A stretch of DNA of 64,000 bases from Octopus sinensis (Eukaryota): the NCBI RefSeq assembly GCF_006345805.1, contig NC_043005.1:3596001-3660000 (forward strand), read 5' to 3'. Each line of letters begins with the position of its first letter. Position 1 is the first letter of the stretch. The notes under the pieces were generated by a model, which searched no databases, was not told where the DNA came from, and saw only the letters and a list, made by a program, of their open reading frames with translations. Positions 1 to 11,650 of this stretch are shown piece after piece. Made by a program: the position numbers and the translations under genes.

Positions 1-179
1 TAACAAAGGGAAAAACTCCTTCAATTAAGTGTGGAAAGGTGGCTTTATGCCAAGGTGTTTAGGGCAAAACCTGTTATATTTTTGATAGATTATTGTTAGG
101 GGCAGGGTGTTTCTATTTTGCTGTTGAAAAAAATTAAGGACATTCTTGAAAAGTTTTTTCTTTTGGTATTAATATTTAG

Positions 180-302
180 GTTTCAGTTGATGCTGTTCTG
201 AAGACTTTCAAAGAAAATGCTGTAAAAGCTGAAAACATCCTCAAATCTGTCATCCCAGAGATTGCCAAACATAATTGGACAGATGAATTGCAACACAATA
301 AG
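180..302 (+). CDS. MTAP: S-methyl-5'-thioadenosine phosphorylase, penultimate coding exon (123 nt, phase 0/0)
   Basis: Flanked by tttag| and |gtagg. Translates VSVDAVLKTFKENAVKAENILKSVIPEIAKHNWTDELQHNK, which matches the MTAP C-terminal region (human [41 protein letters not shown]). Confidence 0.92.
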
Positions 303-519
303 GTAGGAACAACCAGATCATTCTCTTTCCTCTCTCTCTGCATCTATGTAAATGTTTTAATTAGCAGAAGTGACTGACTCTTTAATGAGGTTAACCAAAT
401 CAGTTGAAATCCTGAAGTAAATGTGTAATTAGACAAACCACCCGGTACTTTTCCCATGGGTCTACCCAGATACCTAACATTTCCACCTCTAATAATCATC
501 ACCATTTTAGCATCCATGT

Positions 520-830
520 TTCCATGAGTTCAGTGAATTTGTCAAACTGTCTGTCACCACACATTCGGATCCTTCAACATCTCATCTTTAAGCCTTGATA
601 TTCTGAGATCCAATCACACCAGTTCTTTTCATTCTTCTCTTCTTCTTCCACACCCATTCTTATTCGCATCACATCTTTATACCAATGCACTCATCTCCTG
701 CATTTAACAACACCTCTTTCAACTCACTTTTATTCGAATCATGTCTTCCTTATTGGCCCTCCTGTCCCTGCAGATCCTCCACATTTATTACACCAACCAT
801 TAGATTTTTTCAATAAGCTCTTGGCACAGC
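520..830 (-). mobile_element. Old RTE LINE 3' fragment
   Basis: Minus strand resembles the decayed RTE C-terminal coding region and tail seen intact at 11050-11800. Confidence 0.45.
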
Positions 831-1199
831 CTGCTGTTTCTACAAACAAAGAAATCGTTTTTCGTTTCTAACAAATAAAACAGCTTTCTGAACCATTTCC
901 ATTCTTTGCTTATTTCAGAAACTAAGTTTTTAATCCCCCCCCCCTTGCAGTTCTTCTTAGATCCCCCAGGCTAACACAAAACTACATCAAGTAAAATGCC
1001 TGAACACTTACTGGATAACTTACTTTGTTAGGTACTCACCATCACCATCCCTTAACATCCATTTTCCATGCTGTCCTGGGTTGGACATTTTTGACAAGAT
1101 CCAATGGGCCCAAGGACCGCATCCTGCTCCACTGTCTGCTTTGGCATTGTTTCTATGGCCAGATACCATTCCCAGCGCCAGCCACTTTACTCCTTCACA

Positions 1200-1330
1200 C
1201 ATGATCCTGAAGTCCTGGTTCTCTTGCATTATTCTCCCAGAGATTCCACAACAACATTTTGTATCTGTTCCTTGTTCACACTCAGAACACAGTACCAAAT
1301 TCTTACCTTTTTCCTTAACAGCCAATGTTT
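1200..1330 (-). mobile_element. Old RTE LINE fragment (PHD-like module of RT)
   Basis: GKNLVLCSECEQGTDTKCCCGISGRIMQENQDFR parallels GRNSIRCTKFKLWTHKRCSNVKGRL at about 10540-10615. Confidence 0.5.
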
Positions 1331-1964
1331 TGGAATCTCTCTTTCTAATTCCTCTCTTGATTTTTATGTCAGATTATTCTTTGGTCTTCGTTCCCCTCTT
1401 CTCTTACTCGCTCTCTTTCTTTCTCATTATTCTATTGTAAATATATTCCTGCAACTCTTCAACAGGTTCTGCCTTAAGAACCATATGTAGCTGTGTTGTT
1501 TAGAAGTTTGTCTCCCAACCCCTTGGTTTCAGGTTCAGTCCCACTCCATGACAACTTTGATCTTCTACCAAAGCCTTGTGAATAAATCTGGCTGATGGAA
1601 AATACAGTGATACCTTGCAGTACGAGTTTAATTCATTCCAGGACTGAACTCATCTTACGATTCACTCGTTTTACAAATCCATTTTCCCTATTGAAACAAA
1701 CTGATTAATCCATTCCAACCCACCAAAACCTCTCAAAAATAATTTTTTTATGGGTTTTAAAACAGAAAAGTTTCAAGTAGAATGACAATTATAAAAAAAG
1801 AGAATGCAAAAGAAATATGTAAACTGGTTTTATTAACTGAATTACCTTAAAGATGGGACGATTTGTGTGCTCGTACTGCGGATTTCCACTTCCAGACAAA
1901 AATTTGCACAAGTCTCAGCTCATACGGCAAATTACATGTCCAGTGGGGCCCTCGTACAGTGAGG

Positions 1965-2321
1965 TTTTACTCTTTTACTTGTTTCAGTCATTTGACTGTG
2001 GCCATGCTGGAGCACCACCTTTAGTCGAGCAAATCGACCCCGGGACTTATTCTTTGTAAGCCTAGTACTTATTCTATCGGTCTCTTTTGCCGAATCGGTT
2101 GTCAAGCAATGCTAGGGGGACAAACACACACACACATACACATATATATACATATATCCGACAGGCTTCTTTCAGTTTCCGTCTACCAAATCCACTCACA
2201 AGGCATTGGTCGGCCCGGGGCTATAGCAGAAGACACTTGCCCAAGATGCCACGCAGTGGGACTGAACCCGGAACCATGTGGTTGGTTAGCAAGCTACTTA
2301 CCACACAGCCACTCCTGCGCC
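1965..2321 (-). mobile_element. tRNA-derived SINE (family B), near full length
   Basis: Head ggcgcaggagtggctgtgtggtaag with A box and B box (ggttcagtccc), internal (TA/TG)n, tail cagtcaaatgactgaaacaagtaaaagag. Further copies at about 7230-7500, 25440-25660, 35680-36000, 38120-38400, 39510-39840, 43110-43265, 44450-44620, 50500-50870, 55495-55870, 58640-58915, 59685-59830, 63320-63470. Confidence 0.85.
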
Positions 2322-4187
2322 TGTGTGTATAGAATTTGGAAATCTTATTATTACAATAGATTGGCAGAATCGTTAGGATGCTGGGCAAAATGCTTAGCAG
2401 CATTTCTTCCGGCTCTGAGCTCAAAGGCCACCGAGGTTGACTTTGCCCTTCATCTTTTTAGGGGTCAATAAAATAAAGTACCAGTTGAGCTCTGGAGTTG
2501 AAATATTCGACTAACACCCACCCACCACGCTACTAAGAGGCCATGTGCCTTCAGTAGAAAGGGGTTGTTGCCAAATCAGACTGGAGTCCGGTGTAAACCA
2601 CCACCACCACCCTGCAGCTTACCAGTCCTGGTCAAATCGTCCAACCCATGGACGTTAAATGATGATGATTGTTTGCTTCAATAGGATGGTGTTTTGGCAG
2701 AATCATTAAAGCACTGGAAGGAATGATTCATTGTATTTCTTCTGAGTTCAAATCCTGTTCAGGTCAACTTTCCCTTCTGGGGTTGATAAAGCAAAATACC
2801 ACTCAAGTACTGAAGTCAACAAAGTCTCTCATCCGGAAATTGCTGGCCTTGTGCCTTACTAGAAACTGTAGTGGTTGTTGTAGATTGAAGGTATCACACG
2901 GTACCCAATATTGTGATGTTGTAGATTGAAGAGATTGTGTGTGCCAGGGGTTTGTACTGCCTGTCGAGTCACAAGGACTTCAAACACAGTACTTTATGCA
3001 GTATGGCCGATTTTCAAAATACACCAAATACACGAAAGTGTCGGGGGTCATAGAACCTGCTGGAAATATGATTGTTAGTTGTTAGTTGTCGGAGCACTGC
3101 ATCCTTCAAAACTTGCATGTATCTGACTCATACACTGTTCGCTTTCCAGACATTTGTACATTGCTGCATATACTTTATATGCACTTTTGACAAGTTGTGG
3201 TGCACCTGAGCACTGTATACAATAATTTCATTATTATTATTATTATTATTAACCAAGGGAGATAACGGAGTTTTAAGTAGTTAAAAGCCCTCAGGTCAGC
3301 TTGTCTCCGTTTCACCACTCTGCTTATTTTTGTCTTCCAAGCTTTATATATTTCTGGGGCCAGTCAGGTATTAATTTTATTTCCCTTTTGTACATAGGTT
3401 GGGAGACATTATTATGAAAAATTACAAAATAGCTTGTGGTCAGTGCCCCCCTCCCCCCGCCACCATTTCTCTGTTTCAATGTCCACTTTCCCACGCTTGC
3501 ATGAGTTGGACAAAACTCGAGGCAGATTTTTCTTTGACCTGATGCTCTTCCTGCCACCAACCCTTACCTGTTCCCAAGCAAAGTAATGTTTCCCCAAAAC
3601 CAGACATGTTCTCACAGAATACTGGAAATGAATGACACTGCTTGTATAACAGTGGCACTCATTTACAGCTATCACACAATATCGAACCAAGGACACACGC
3701 ACAGATGAAGGCCTTTCAGTTTCCTTCTATCAAATCCACTCACAAGTTTTTGGTCAGCCCAGGTAGAAGACACTTACCAAGGTGCTACACAGTGGGATTG
3801 AACCTGTAATCACATTGTTTGGAAGCAAACTTCTTACCTTCACAGCCATCATGCCTGCGTGGAAATTTGTTTGTGAGTAAAAGTTGTTTTCCTTTGTAGA
3901 GTCTGTGCAAAGCCATGTTGGTAATCATTATACAAATTTCCTCAGAAAAATCAAATTTCATCTCAAAACCTTTATCTGCATACAACTTCTTAAGAGTTCA
4001 TCTTTCCTTCTTCCAGAGTCAATAAAGTACCAGTCATGTACTGGGCTCGGTTTCATCAATTACTCCTCCCCCACTCCCTTGTGCTGCTTTTACATCTAAA
4101 GCTGTCGTTGGATAAAATGCTTAGCAGCATTTCTTCTGGCGCTCTGGATTCTGAGTTCAAATTCTACTGAGGTTCACTTTACCTTTC

Positions 4188-4545
4188 ATCATCATCATCG
4201 TTTAACGTTCGCTTTCCATGCTGGCATGGGTTGGATGGTTTGACTGAGGACTTGCACACCAGGCTCCAATCTGATCTGGCAAGGTTTCTACAGCTGGATG
4301 CCCTTCATAACGCCAACCACTCCAAGAGTATAGTGGGTGCTTTTTACATGCCACTGGCACGGGCCGGTCAGGTGGCATTGGCATTGATCTCAAATGGTGC
4401 TTTTTACATGCCATTCGCACAGGGACCAGTCAATTAGCACTGGCACTGACCACGCTTGAATGGTACTTTTTATGTGCCACCGGCACAAGGGCCAGTCAGG
4501 CAGCATTGGCATTGACCTCACTCGAATGGTGCTTTTTACATGCAG
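4188..4545 (-). mobile_element. RTE 3'-UTR-derived repeat (family A) with internal ~60-bp tandem units
   Basis: Same sequence as the RTE 3' end at 11390-11809 (ggaagggcatccagctgtagaaac...ccagcatggaaagcggacgttaaac(gat)n). Further copies at about 1036, 2570, 5905, 16880, 18325, 24261, 24480, 31050, 31425, 31600, 33025, 34140, 38415, 45350, 50137, 50316, 54095, 58408, 60930. Confidence 0.85.
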
Positions 4546-5885
4546 GTCAATAAAATAAGTACCAGTTGAACCCTGGAGTCAGTGAAATCAATTAGCCCCC
4601 AACCCATATTATTATAAACCTTTTTCTCTTCTGGTATGAACTTGGTTTGATCCACAACAGAATCTTTCAGCATTGCTTCATCATCAACATGCGTCCAGTG
4701 CTAACTCACCAAAAACACAATAATATCCATTTATATTCTTACATGTTTAGACAAGTATTTCTTTACTTTTCGCTTTAACCCAAGAGCTGTGGATATTTTA
4801 CCTGACAAGCTTGTGACTAGATTTTCTAAATTGTATTCAACTCATATCACCTGTCTTTAAATGTCTTTACTCAGCTAAATCTAGTCATACAATTTACTCT
4901 GGCCTTCAGGGCATTTTTTAAGACGATTCCTTTATTTAAAATGACATTTTTGACAGTCAAAGCAGCTGCTGTTGCCTTTGTTTGGACTTCTCTATATTTC
5001 CGTTTGCCTTTTGTAACTCTTACTCTCCGATCTGTCAGTTTCTCCCCAAGAAACTGACCCTTACACAGATGTAAATTGACGAATATATAATCTAAACATG
5101 TGGTTTCCTTTCTTCTCATTCTTAACACTGAGAGCAGACAGTTTAACTCTAAAAATCCAAGCCTGCTCCTCCTCCTCCTCCTCATCTGTGATGCCATCTC
5201 GTAGAACCTGCTGGAAATAGGATCGACCAAGGGAGATAACCGAGTTTTAAATAGTTAAAAGATAAGCCGTCAGGTCAGCTTGTCTCCGTTTCACCACTCT
5301 GTTTATTTTTCATATTCAACGTTGCTCTCTTGTCTTCCAAGCTTTTGCATTGGTACAAGTTTACAGCCTCCTACCGTTTACAACCAATCAATCACACCCC
5401 CCCCTCCTCTCTATTGATATTTTATAGTCAGCAGTTATTTCGGATGCTGATGGTGATTCATGTTCAATGCAGTTGTCTTGGAACAACAAGATATGTCTTC
5501 TTGAAAATCAAATAAAAATATATTTCGTTAGTGTTTATATGTAAATTGGAAATAGCTGTGCTTAAAATCGATCACTGACATCTTCCCTTCAATGACTCGT
5601 TTCTAGTTTTTCATTTTTAACTTTATTTTTGTTTCGTTTTTATTTTCTAACCTTTTGCATAAACTCTACATTTTAACAGCATAAATTTCTTGTTGCAGTC
5701 TGTTGCATGTCATTTTTACTATTCTTTATGCTTTTGCTGTTATATTCCTTTCAAATATGCTACCTTTGTTTCGTTTGATTTTGTAAATAATGAAGAATTT
5801 AGTAAAAAAAAATAAAACTTCCTTATTTTTGAAACCTAAATTAACCTGAAAGTTTGATGGCAGGTTTTAATTTCTATCATTTTAA

Positions 5886-6410
5886 CCCTTTTGTTACCAT
5901 AAAACACCTGTTCCTGTCCTCTGTCATACTTGAACCTCTCATCGCTTGGCTTGCAGCCACCTGCCTCAATGCTACGTCCACTGCAGTTGAAGGAGTCTTG
6001 TGAGTCACTCAGCAACCGCACTGGTATTGGCACCACATAAAAAGCACCCAGTTACATTCTGTAAAATGGTTGGAATTATGATGGGCATCCAGTTGTAGAA
6101 ATTATGCCAAAGCAGACATTGCAACCTGGTGCTGTCCCCCATTTCACCAGCTCTTGTGGAATTGTCCAACCCATACCAGCATGGAAAATGGATGTTCAAT
6201 GGTGATGGTTTCTGTTGAAATACACTGCATTTGTTACAATTTTTAAAATAATGAAGAATTTATTAAAATAATTTTGTCATTATTCAGCTGATGTTTGGAA
6301 TATAAATTAGCACAAAATTTTAATGGAAAGTCTTGTTTTTTTTTTAATCACTTTAAAACAGGAAGTTGGTATCATAGAAACAGGAGCAGGCTTGGGTGGT
6401 AACAAGAGGG
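5886..6410. mobile_element. piggyBac-like MITE interrupted by a family A repeat
   Basis: TTAA at 5882-5885 and 6411-6414. TIRs CCCTTTTGTTACC / GGTAACAAGAGGG. Related fragments at about 41400-41880 and 46830-47300. Confidence 0.65.
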
Positions 6411-6518
6411 TTAACCAAAGCCCTTAAAAGTCACAGTTACCATTAAATAACTGCTGCCTTTGTCAACAATCATCTCTGAGACTCTTTTATAACCTTGTTT
6501 TTTTGTTTTCTGTTGTAG

Positions 6519-6554
6519 GAGGTCCTGACCGGTTCCATTCTTTCTTACACCTGA
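6519..6554 (+). CDS. MTAP: Probable terminal coding exon of MTAP (EVLTGSILSYT*)
   Basis: Strong acceptor ttgtttttttgttttctgttgtag| in phase 0, compatible with the upstream exon. Gives 11 aa plus TGA, similar in length and S-[IV]-L pattern to human NMAQFSVLLPRH*. Followed by an AT-rich UTR-like tract. Confidence 0.65.
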   Translation, partial: EVLTGSILSYT

Positions 6555-7028
6555 ACAAATGCTGCTTGTGTAATTCTAAGTTTGAAAGCAAATTCTTTCC
6601 TCATTTGCAAAGTAATCACTCCAACATTACTTTTTTTTTTTTTTTAAGTCTTGAATCAAAAAGTGCAATCTCATGGTTGCACTCTATTTCTTATCAAATC
6701 CTTTGTGCAACATCTTATTTACAATTTCAAATGCCTTTTACAGCATTAACTCTCGTAATTTCTCTCCCCCTCAATGCTGGGCCAACACTCTACTGTAAGA
6801 ACCATAACAATTGGAAAAACAAAAGGTTTTATATTCAAAATACCATTTCTTACTGAAGTTCGAGTTCTTTTTTTTTACTCAAAGAAAAAATACATTTTTT
6901 TTTTTAATAAATTTTTGATAGTCTGAAAGCATAAAGGTAAAAAATATTTCCTGTTCATTTCAAACTTCCAATGCAAATGTTATCCAATTATTGTTAATTA
7001 TATAAGCTAAGATTTAATTTTTATTTCC

Positions 7029-7034
7029 AATAAA
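7029..7034 (+). promoter_or_regulatory. Candidate polyadenylation signal AATAAA of MTAP
   Basis: AATAAA about 480 nt after the putative stop, followed by T/GT-rich sequence. Confidence 0.35.
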
Positions 7035-7746
7035 AGAGCTGAATGCTTTTTTTCTAGTATATTCTTTGTTGTTTATTTCTTCCATTAGACATTTCTGTCT
7101 TGTCGTTAATTAGTTCCTTAAGTCCTCCCCCCTCGACAGTAAAATAATGTTGAGGCAAAGGGGGAGGGGGGCAACCATAGCAACCTTTATAATACATTTT
7201 ACTGTATTAGTCTCTTGCTATCTGATCATGCTGGGTCTCCACTTTGAAGAATTTCAGTCAAATAAATCGACTCCAGAATTTTTTGAAGCCTGGAACATAT
7301 TCGATTAAGGGCCAGGCTTTTGCTGATGGTGGAGGACAGACACACATGTATGTGTGTGTATACACAATGGGCTTCTTTTAGTATCCGTCTACCAAATCCA
7401 CTCAAGGCTTTTGTCGGTCCAAGGTGCTATGCAGTGGGACTGAACCTAGACTCCTGTGGTTAGGAAGCAAACTTCTTACCACACAGCCATGCCTATGCTT
7501 TCTTTTTACATTTACCAACGCTAGAGATGTTTTGCAGCCAGATGCCCTTATCTATTTTACAAGTAAGGACTTTCTTATTTTATGTGTCTTAGAAGGCATA
7601 GACACATACAAACATTATATGATCATCACTAAGGGAGCCGACACACCTACATTGCTAGATATAAGAGTTAAAATACCCTTAATGCCATAAGAAGATTGCA
7701 GACATACATGCTGACAGGAGAAACTGTAGGTGCTTCAGCATCCTCA

Positions 7747-7810
7747 GCCTCAACTCGAGAACGACCTCCCAGTGGTGTTGGGTGTGCCAGTTGGCCACAA
7801 ACAGTTCTCA
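7747..7810 (+). ncRNA. HDV-like self-cleaving ribozyme fold at the 5' end of the LINE
   Basis: P1 7747-7754/7777-7783 (G1-U wobble, one bulged T). P2 GAGAAC 7757-7762/GTTCTC 7804-7809. P3 ACC 7764-7766/GGT 7774-7776. L3 TCCCAGT with U20/G25. Single-pair P1.1 C7769-G7784 followed by T, as in CPEB3. P4 GCCA/TGGC. J4/2 contains CAAA (C7798). Confidence 0.75.
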
Positions 7811-7827
7811 ACCAACAACTGCCGGTG

Positions 7828-8590
7828 ATGGCTCCAGACCCCCAGGGTCAAGTTTTCAGGAGCTGCCTACCCAACTTCACTGTTCCTCCACCATCTGCGC
7901 ATCCTAAGATCGGGAGATATTGAAACCAACCCTGGCCCTCAATATCCTTGTTGGGGGTGCAAGAAGGCAGCGAGTAGAGGGAGATTGCACTGTAAGGAGT
8001 GCGGCAAATCGTTTCACCGAAAGTGCTGCCAACTATCGAGGGTGATTATTGACCGAATGAAGCAAGATGGAGAATTTGTTGTATGTTGCCACTTGCACAC
8101 AGACGGAAGAAAGAAGACCCCTTTGTGCCCGGTGTAAGAGGTTGATATCAGACTGGCACATGCCAAAGCAGAATGTCAACAGTGCCAAGAGAAGTCACAT
8201 TTAGAATGTACAGAACTCAATCGACAGGAAAGGGAAGAATTGAAGGCAGGAAGGAGAATATGGAAGTGTCTTCGATGCTGCACGTCTGCAGAAGAGCCGA
8301 AAAGTGAAGTAAAGGTCGTGGACAAGAGATGTCAGCATTGCAAAAGAAGGGTGCTGAACCAATCTATTGTCTGCGAAGAGTGTCGTAAACATTTTCATTT
8401 GAGCTGTGCAAAGCGTGAAGGAAGGCAGACATTCCAGTCGGCAGAATGGAAGTGCAGAGAGTGCCAAAGACAGAATGCAGATGTGAAAGTGGCCAAAGGC
8501 GACAGTGAGGAAAAACCAAAGAAAGACTTTAAGACGGCAACGTGTAAGGTATATAAAGAAAAAGTAAGATTGGGAGCAACCGGATTAATA
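7828..8590 (+). pseudogene. Ingi-like ORF N-terminus: 2A/StopGo peptide, three PHD fingers and the start of a fourth (frameshifted)
   Basis: ATG at 7828, frameshift near 7853, then TSLFLHHLRILRSGDIETNPGP (7874-7939). PHD1 CWGC..CKEC.KSFHRKC; PHD2 CARC..CQQC.EKSHLEC..WKCLRC; PHD3 CQHC..CEEC.KHFHLSC..WKCREC. Confidence 0.85.
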
Positions 8591-11291
8591 GTTTAGCAAC
8601 TATTATATCGGCCTATGCCCCTCAGCCAGGGCTACCTGATGGACAGAAAGACTGTTTCTACGACACCCTACTGCAGACCACCTCATTGACGAACGACAGG
8701 GACCTTCTCTTTGTGGCTGGTGACTTCAATGGGCATGTTGGATGATATGCTGAGGGCTTCTATGGCGTTCATGGAGGTTATGGTTCTCGCAATGAGGAGG
8801 GAACCAGGCTGCTGGAGTTCTATGATGCGAATAGTCTTATGGTTTGCAACACTAACTTCAGGAAACCGACAAGCCACTTGGTCACCTACCGTTCGGGCCA
8901 GCAAACTAGCCAAATCGACTACATCCTTGCCAGAAAAAGGGAAAGATGGCTGCTTATAAATGCCAAAACCTTCCCAAGCGAAGAATGTACCCCACAACAT
9001 AGACTGGTAGTCAGTGACTTTAGAATCAGGACTAAGAAGACGACCAACATGGAGAAGAAGGGTCTGGAAGCTTAAAGACCCTGCAAATGGACAGAGATTT
9101 AGAGACATGTTACTTGAAGCCTTTGAAATAGAAGGGGGTATAGCTACACATGGGGTAGAGATAACTGGGCGCTTCTAAGGGACAACCTGCTGAAAGCCAC
9201 TGACCAGATCTGTGGCTGGTGCAAAGTCCCCTTAAGACCCAAAATAACGTGGTGGTGGAACAATATTGTTGACAGGGCTATTAGACAAAAGAAACAGGCT
9301 TGGAAGAACGGTGGTAGCAGGGAAGTGTATCAGACTGCAAGAAGGGAGGCTAGGAAGCAGGTGTATTTAGCCAGAGGGGAAGCAGATAAGAAAAAATTTG
9401 CCAATGTCCTGTGCCGTGAAGATGAAAGACTTGAGGTATTTCGTGTTGCAAGACAGTGTGTGAGAGAGAATCACAACGTGGTAGAAGAGAAACGTGTTCG
9501 CAAGGATGACGGCTCACTTGCGCTAAATGAGGATGCAAAGAGAGAGGTTTGGAGACGCCACTATGAAAGGTTGCTGAATGAGGAAAATGAATGGGATAAA
9601 GAGAGTCTGCCGAATGTTGACCCAACAGAGGGACCAGCAATCAGAGTTGATAGTTCCTTGGTAGTTAAGGCAATTAGAAGCATGAAGACAGGGAAAGTCC
9701 CAGGCCCATCTGGTATCACTGCAGAGATGCTCAAAATATCTGGTAGTGCTGGCTATAGCCTAGTCACCCGTATAGTTAACCAGGTGATACACGAAGGAGT
9801 CATTCCCAATGACTGGTGTAGCAGCATAATAGTCAACTGCTACAAAGGTAATGGTGACGCCCTAGATACAAATAATTACAGAGGTATCAAGCTGTTGGAT
9901 CAAGTAATGAAGGTTACGGAGAGGGTTATAGCCCAACAAATTAGAGAGAGAGTTAGCTTAGATCAGATGCAGTTTGGGTTTGTGCCAGGGAAAAGTACTA
10001 CTGATGCTATTTTCCTGGTAAGACAGCTGCAGGAGAAATACCTAGCCAAAGACAAGCCCCTATACCTGGCTTTTGTCGATATGGAGAAAGCCTTCGACAG
10101 GGTCCCCCGATCCCTTATCTGATGGTCAATGAGGAAACTAGGGATAGATGAATGGTTAGTGAGAGCTGTACAAGCCATGTACAGAGATGCTGCTAGTAAG
10201 GTGAGGGTTGGCATCGAGTACAGTGAAGGATTCAGGGTAGAGGTTGGGGTCCACCAAGGTTCAGTCCTCAGTCCCCTCCTATTTATCATAGTCCTCCAGG
10301 CAATAACGGAGGAATTCAAGACAGGATGCCCCTGGGAGCTCCTCTATGCTGATGACCTTGCTCTAATTGCTGAGTCTCTATCAGAACTGGAGGAGAAGTT
10401 TCAGGTGTGGAAGCAAGGTTTAGAATCGAAGGGCCTTAGAATCAACATAGCCAAAACCAAAGTCCTAATAAGTAGGAAGGTAGACCAATCACAAACGCCT
10501 TCAGGTAGATGGCCTTGCTCGATCTGTAGAAAAGGTGTAGGTAGAAACTCTATAAGATGCACCAAATTTAAGCTATGGACACATAAGAGATGTAGTAATG
10601 TCAAAGGAAGACTAACTAGGAAAATAGTTTTTATCTGTGGCAGATGCCCAGGAGCAATAAACTCTGAAAATATGCAGAGACCAACTTCTATCACGTTTCA
10701 GGGAGAAAAACTAGAAGTAGTTGATAGCTTCCGCTACCTAGGTGACTAAGTCAGTAGCGGGGGCGGGTGTGCTGAAAGTGTAACTGCTAGAGTAAGAATA
10801 GCCTGGGCAAAGCTTAGAGAGCTCTTACCCCCGCGGGTGACAAAAGGCCTCTCGCTCAAAGTAAAAGGCAGACTGTATGATGCATGTGTACGTACAGCCA
10901 TGCTACATGGTAGTGAAACTTGGGCTGTGACTGCTGAGGATTTGCGTAAGCTCGCAAGAAATGAAGCTAGTATGCTCCGTTGGATGTGTAATGTCAGTGT
11001 AAATAGTCGACAGAGTGTAAGTACCTTGAGAGAAAAGTTGGACCTAAGAAGCATCAGATGTTGTGTGCAAGAGAGACGATTGCGCTGGTATGGTCATGTG
11101 GCGAGAATGGATGAAGATAGGTGTGTGAAAAAGTGCCACACCCTAGCAGTTGAGGGAACCCGTGGAAGAGGTAAACCTGGGTCGAGGTGGTGAAGCACGA
11201 CCTTCGAACTTTAGGTCTCACCAAGGAAATGACCAGAGACCGAGACCTATGGAAGTATGCTGTGCGCAAGAAGACCCGGCAAGACCAGTGA
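8588..11291 (+). pseudogene. RTE APE-RT ORF with a few stops and frameshifts
   Basis: ORF pieces 8839-9075, 9325-10122, 10129-10749, 10837-11193. In-frame TGA at 10120-10122 replaces Trp and TAA at 10747-10749 replaces Gln. Ends KKTRQDQ* at 11291. Confidence 0.9.
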
Positions 11292-11389
11292 GAACAATCA
11301 AAATCAAACCAAATCAAATCATATATCAGAAAGCAGAACCAAAATTGAGGTCGATCAACATCAGTGGGAATTGCAGCTTTGGTTAAGCG

Positions 11390-11650
11390 AACTATCCGTT
11401 CGTGTCCGCTGCCAGCCCCGCCTGGCCCCCGTGCCGGTGACACATAAAAGCACCATCCGTTCGTGACCGTTGCCAGCTCTGTCTGGGCCCCCGTGTCGGT
11501 GGCACGTAAAAGCACCATCCGTTCGTGTCCATTGCCAGCCTCGCCTATCCCCCGTGCCGGTGGCACGTAAAAAGCACCATCCATCCGTGGCCGTTTTCCA
11601 GCTCTGTCTGGCTCCTGTGCGGGTGGCATGTAAAAAGCACCCACTACACT
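11390..11650 (+). repeat. Tandem ~60-bp repeat (4 units) in the RTE 3' UTR
   Basis: Unit aaaagcaccatccgttcgtg.ccgttgccagc...cccccgtgccggtggcacgt, with alternating variants. Confidence 0.85.

Noticed and set aside
2270-2321. tRNA genes (A/B boxes here and at 28730-28776, 30752-30800, 56137-56175)
   Set aside because: No complete cloverleaf or acceptor stem, and each continues into a repeated SINE body.
11390-11650. Regularly spaced repeats resembling a CRISPR array
   Set aside because: Whole units are homologous (no unique spacers), no cas genes are present, and the array lies in a eukaryotic RTE 3' UTR.
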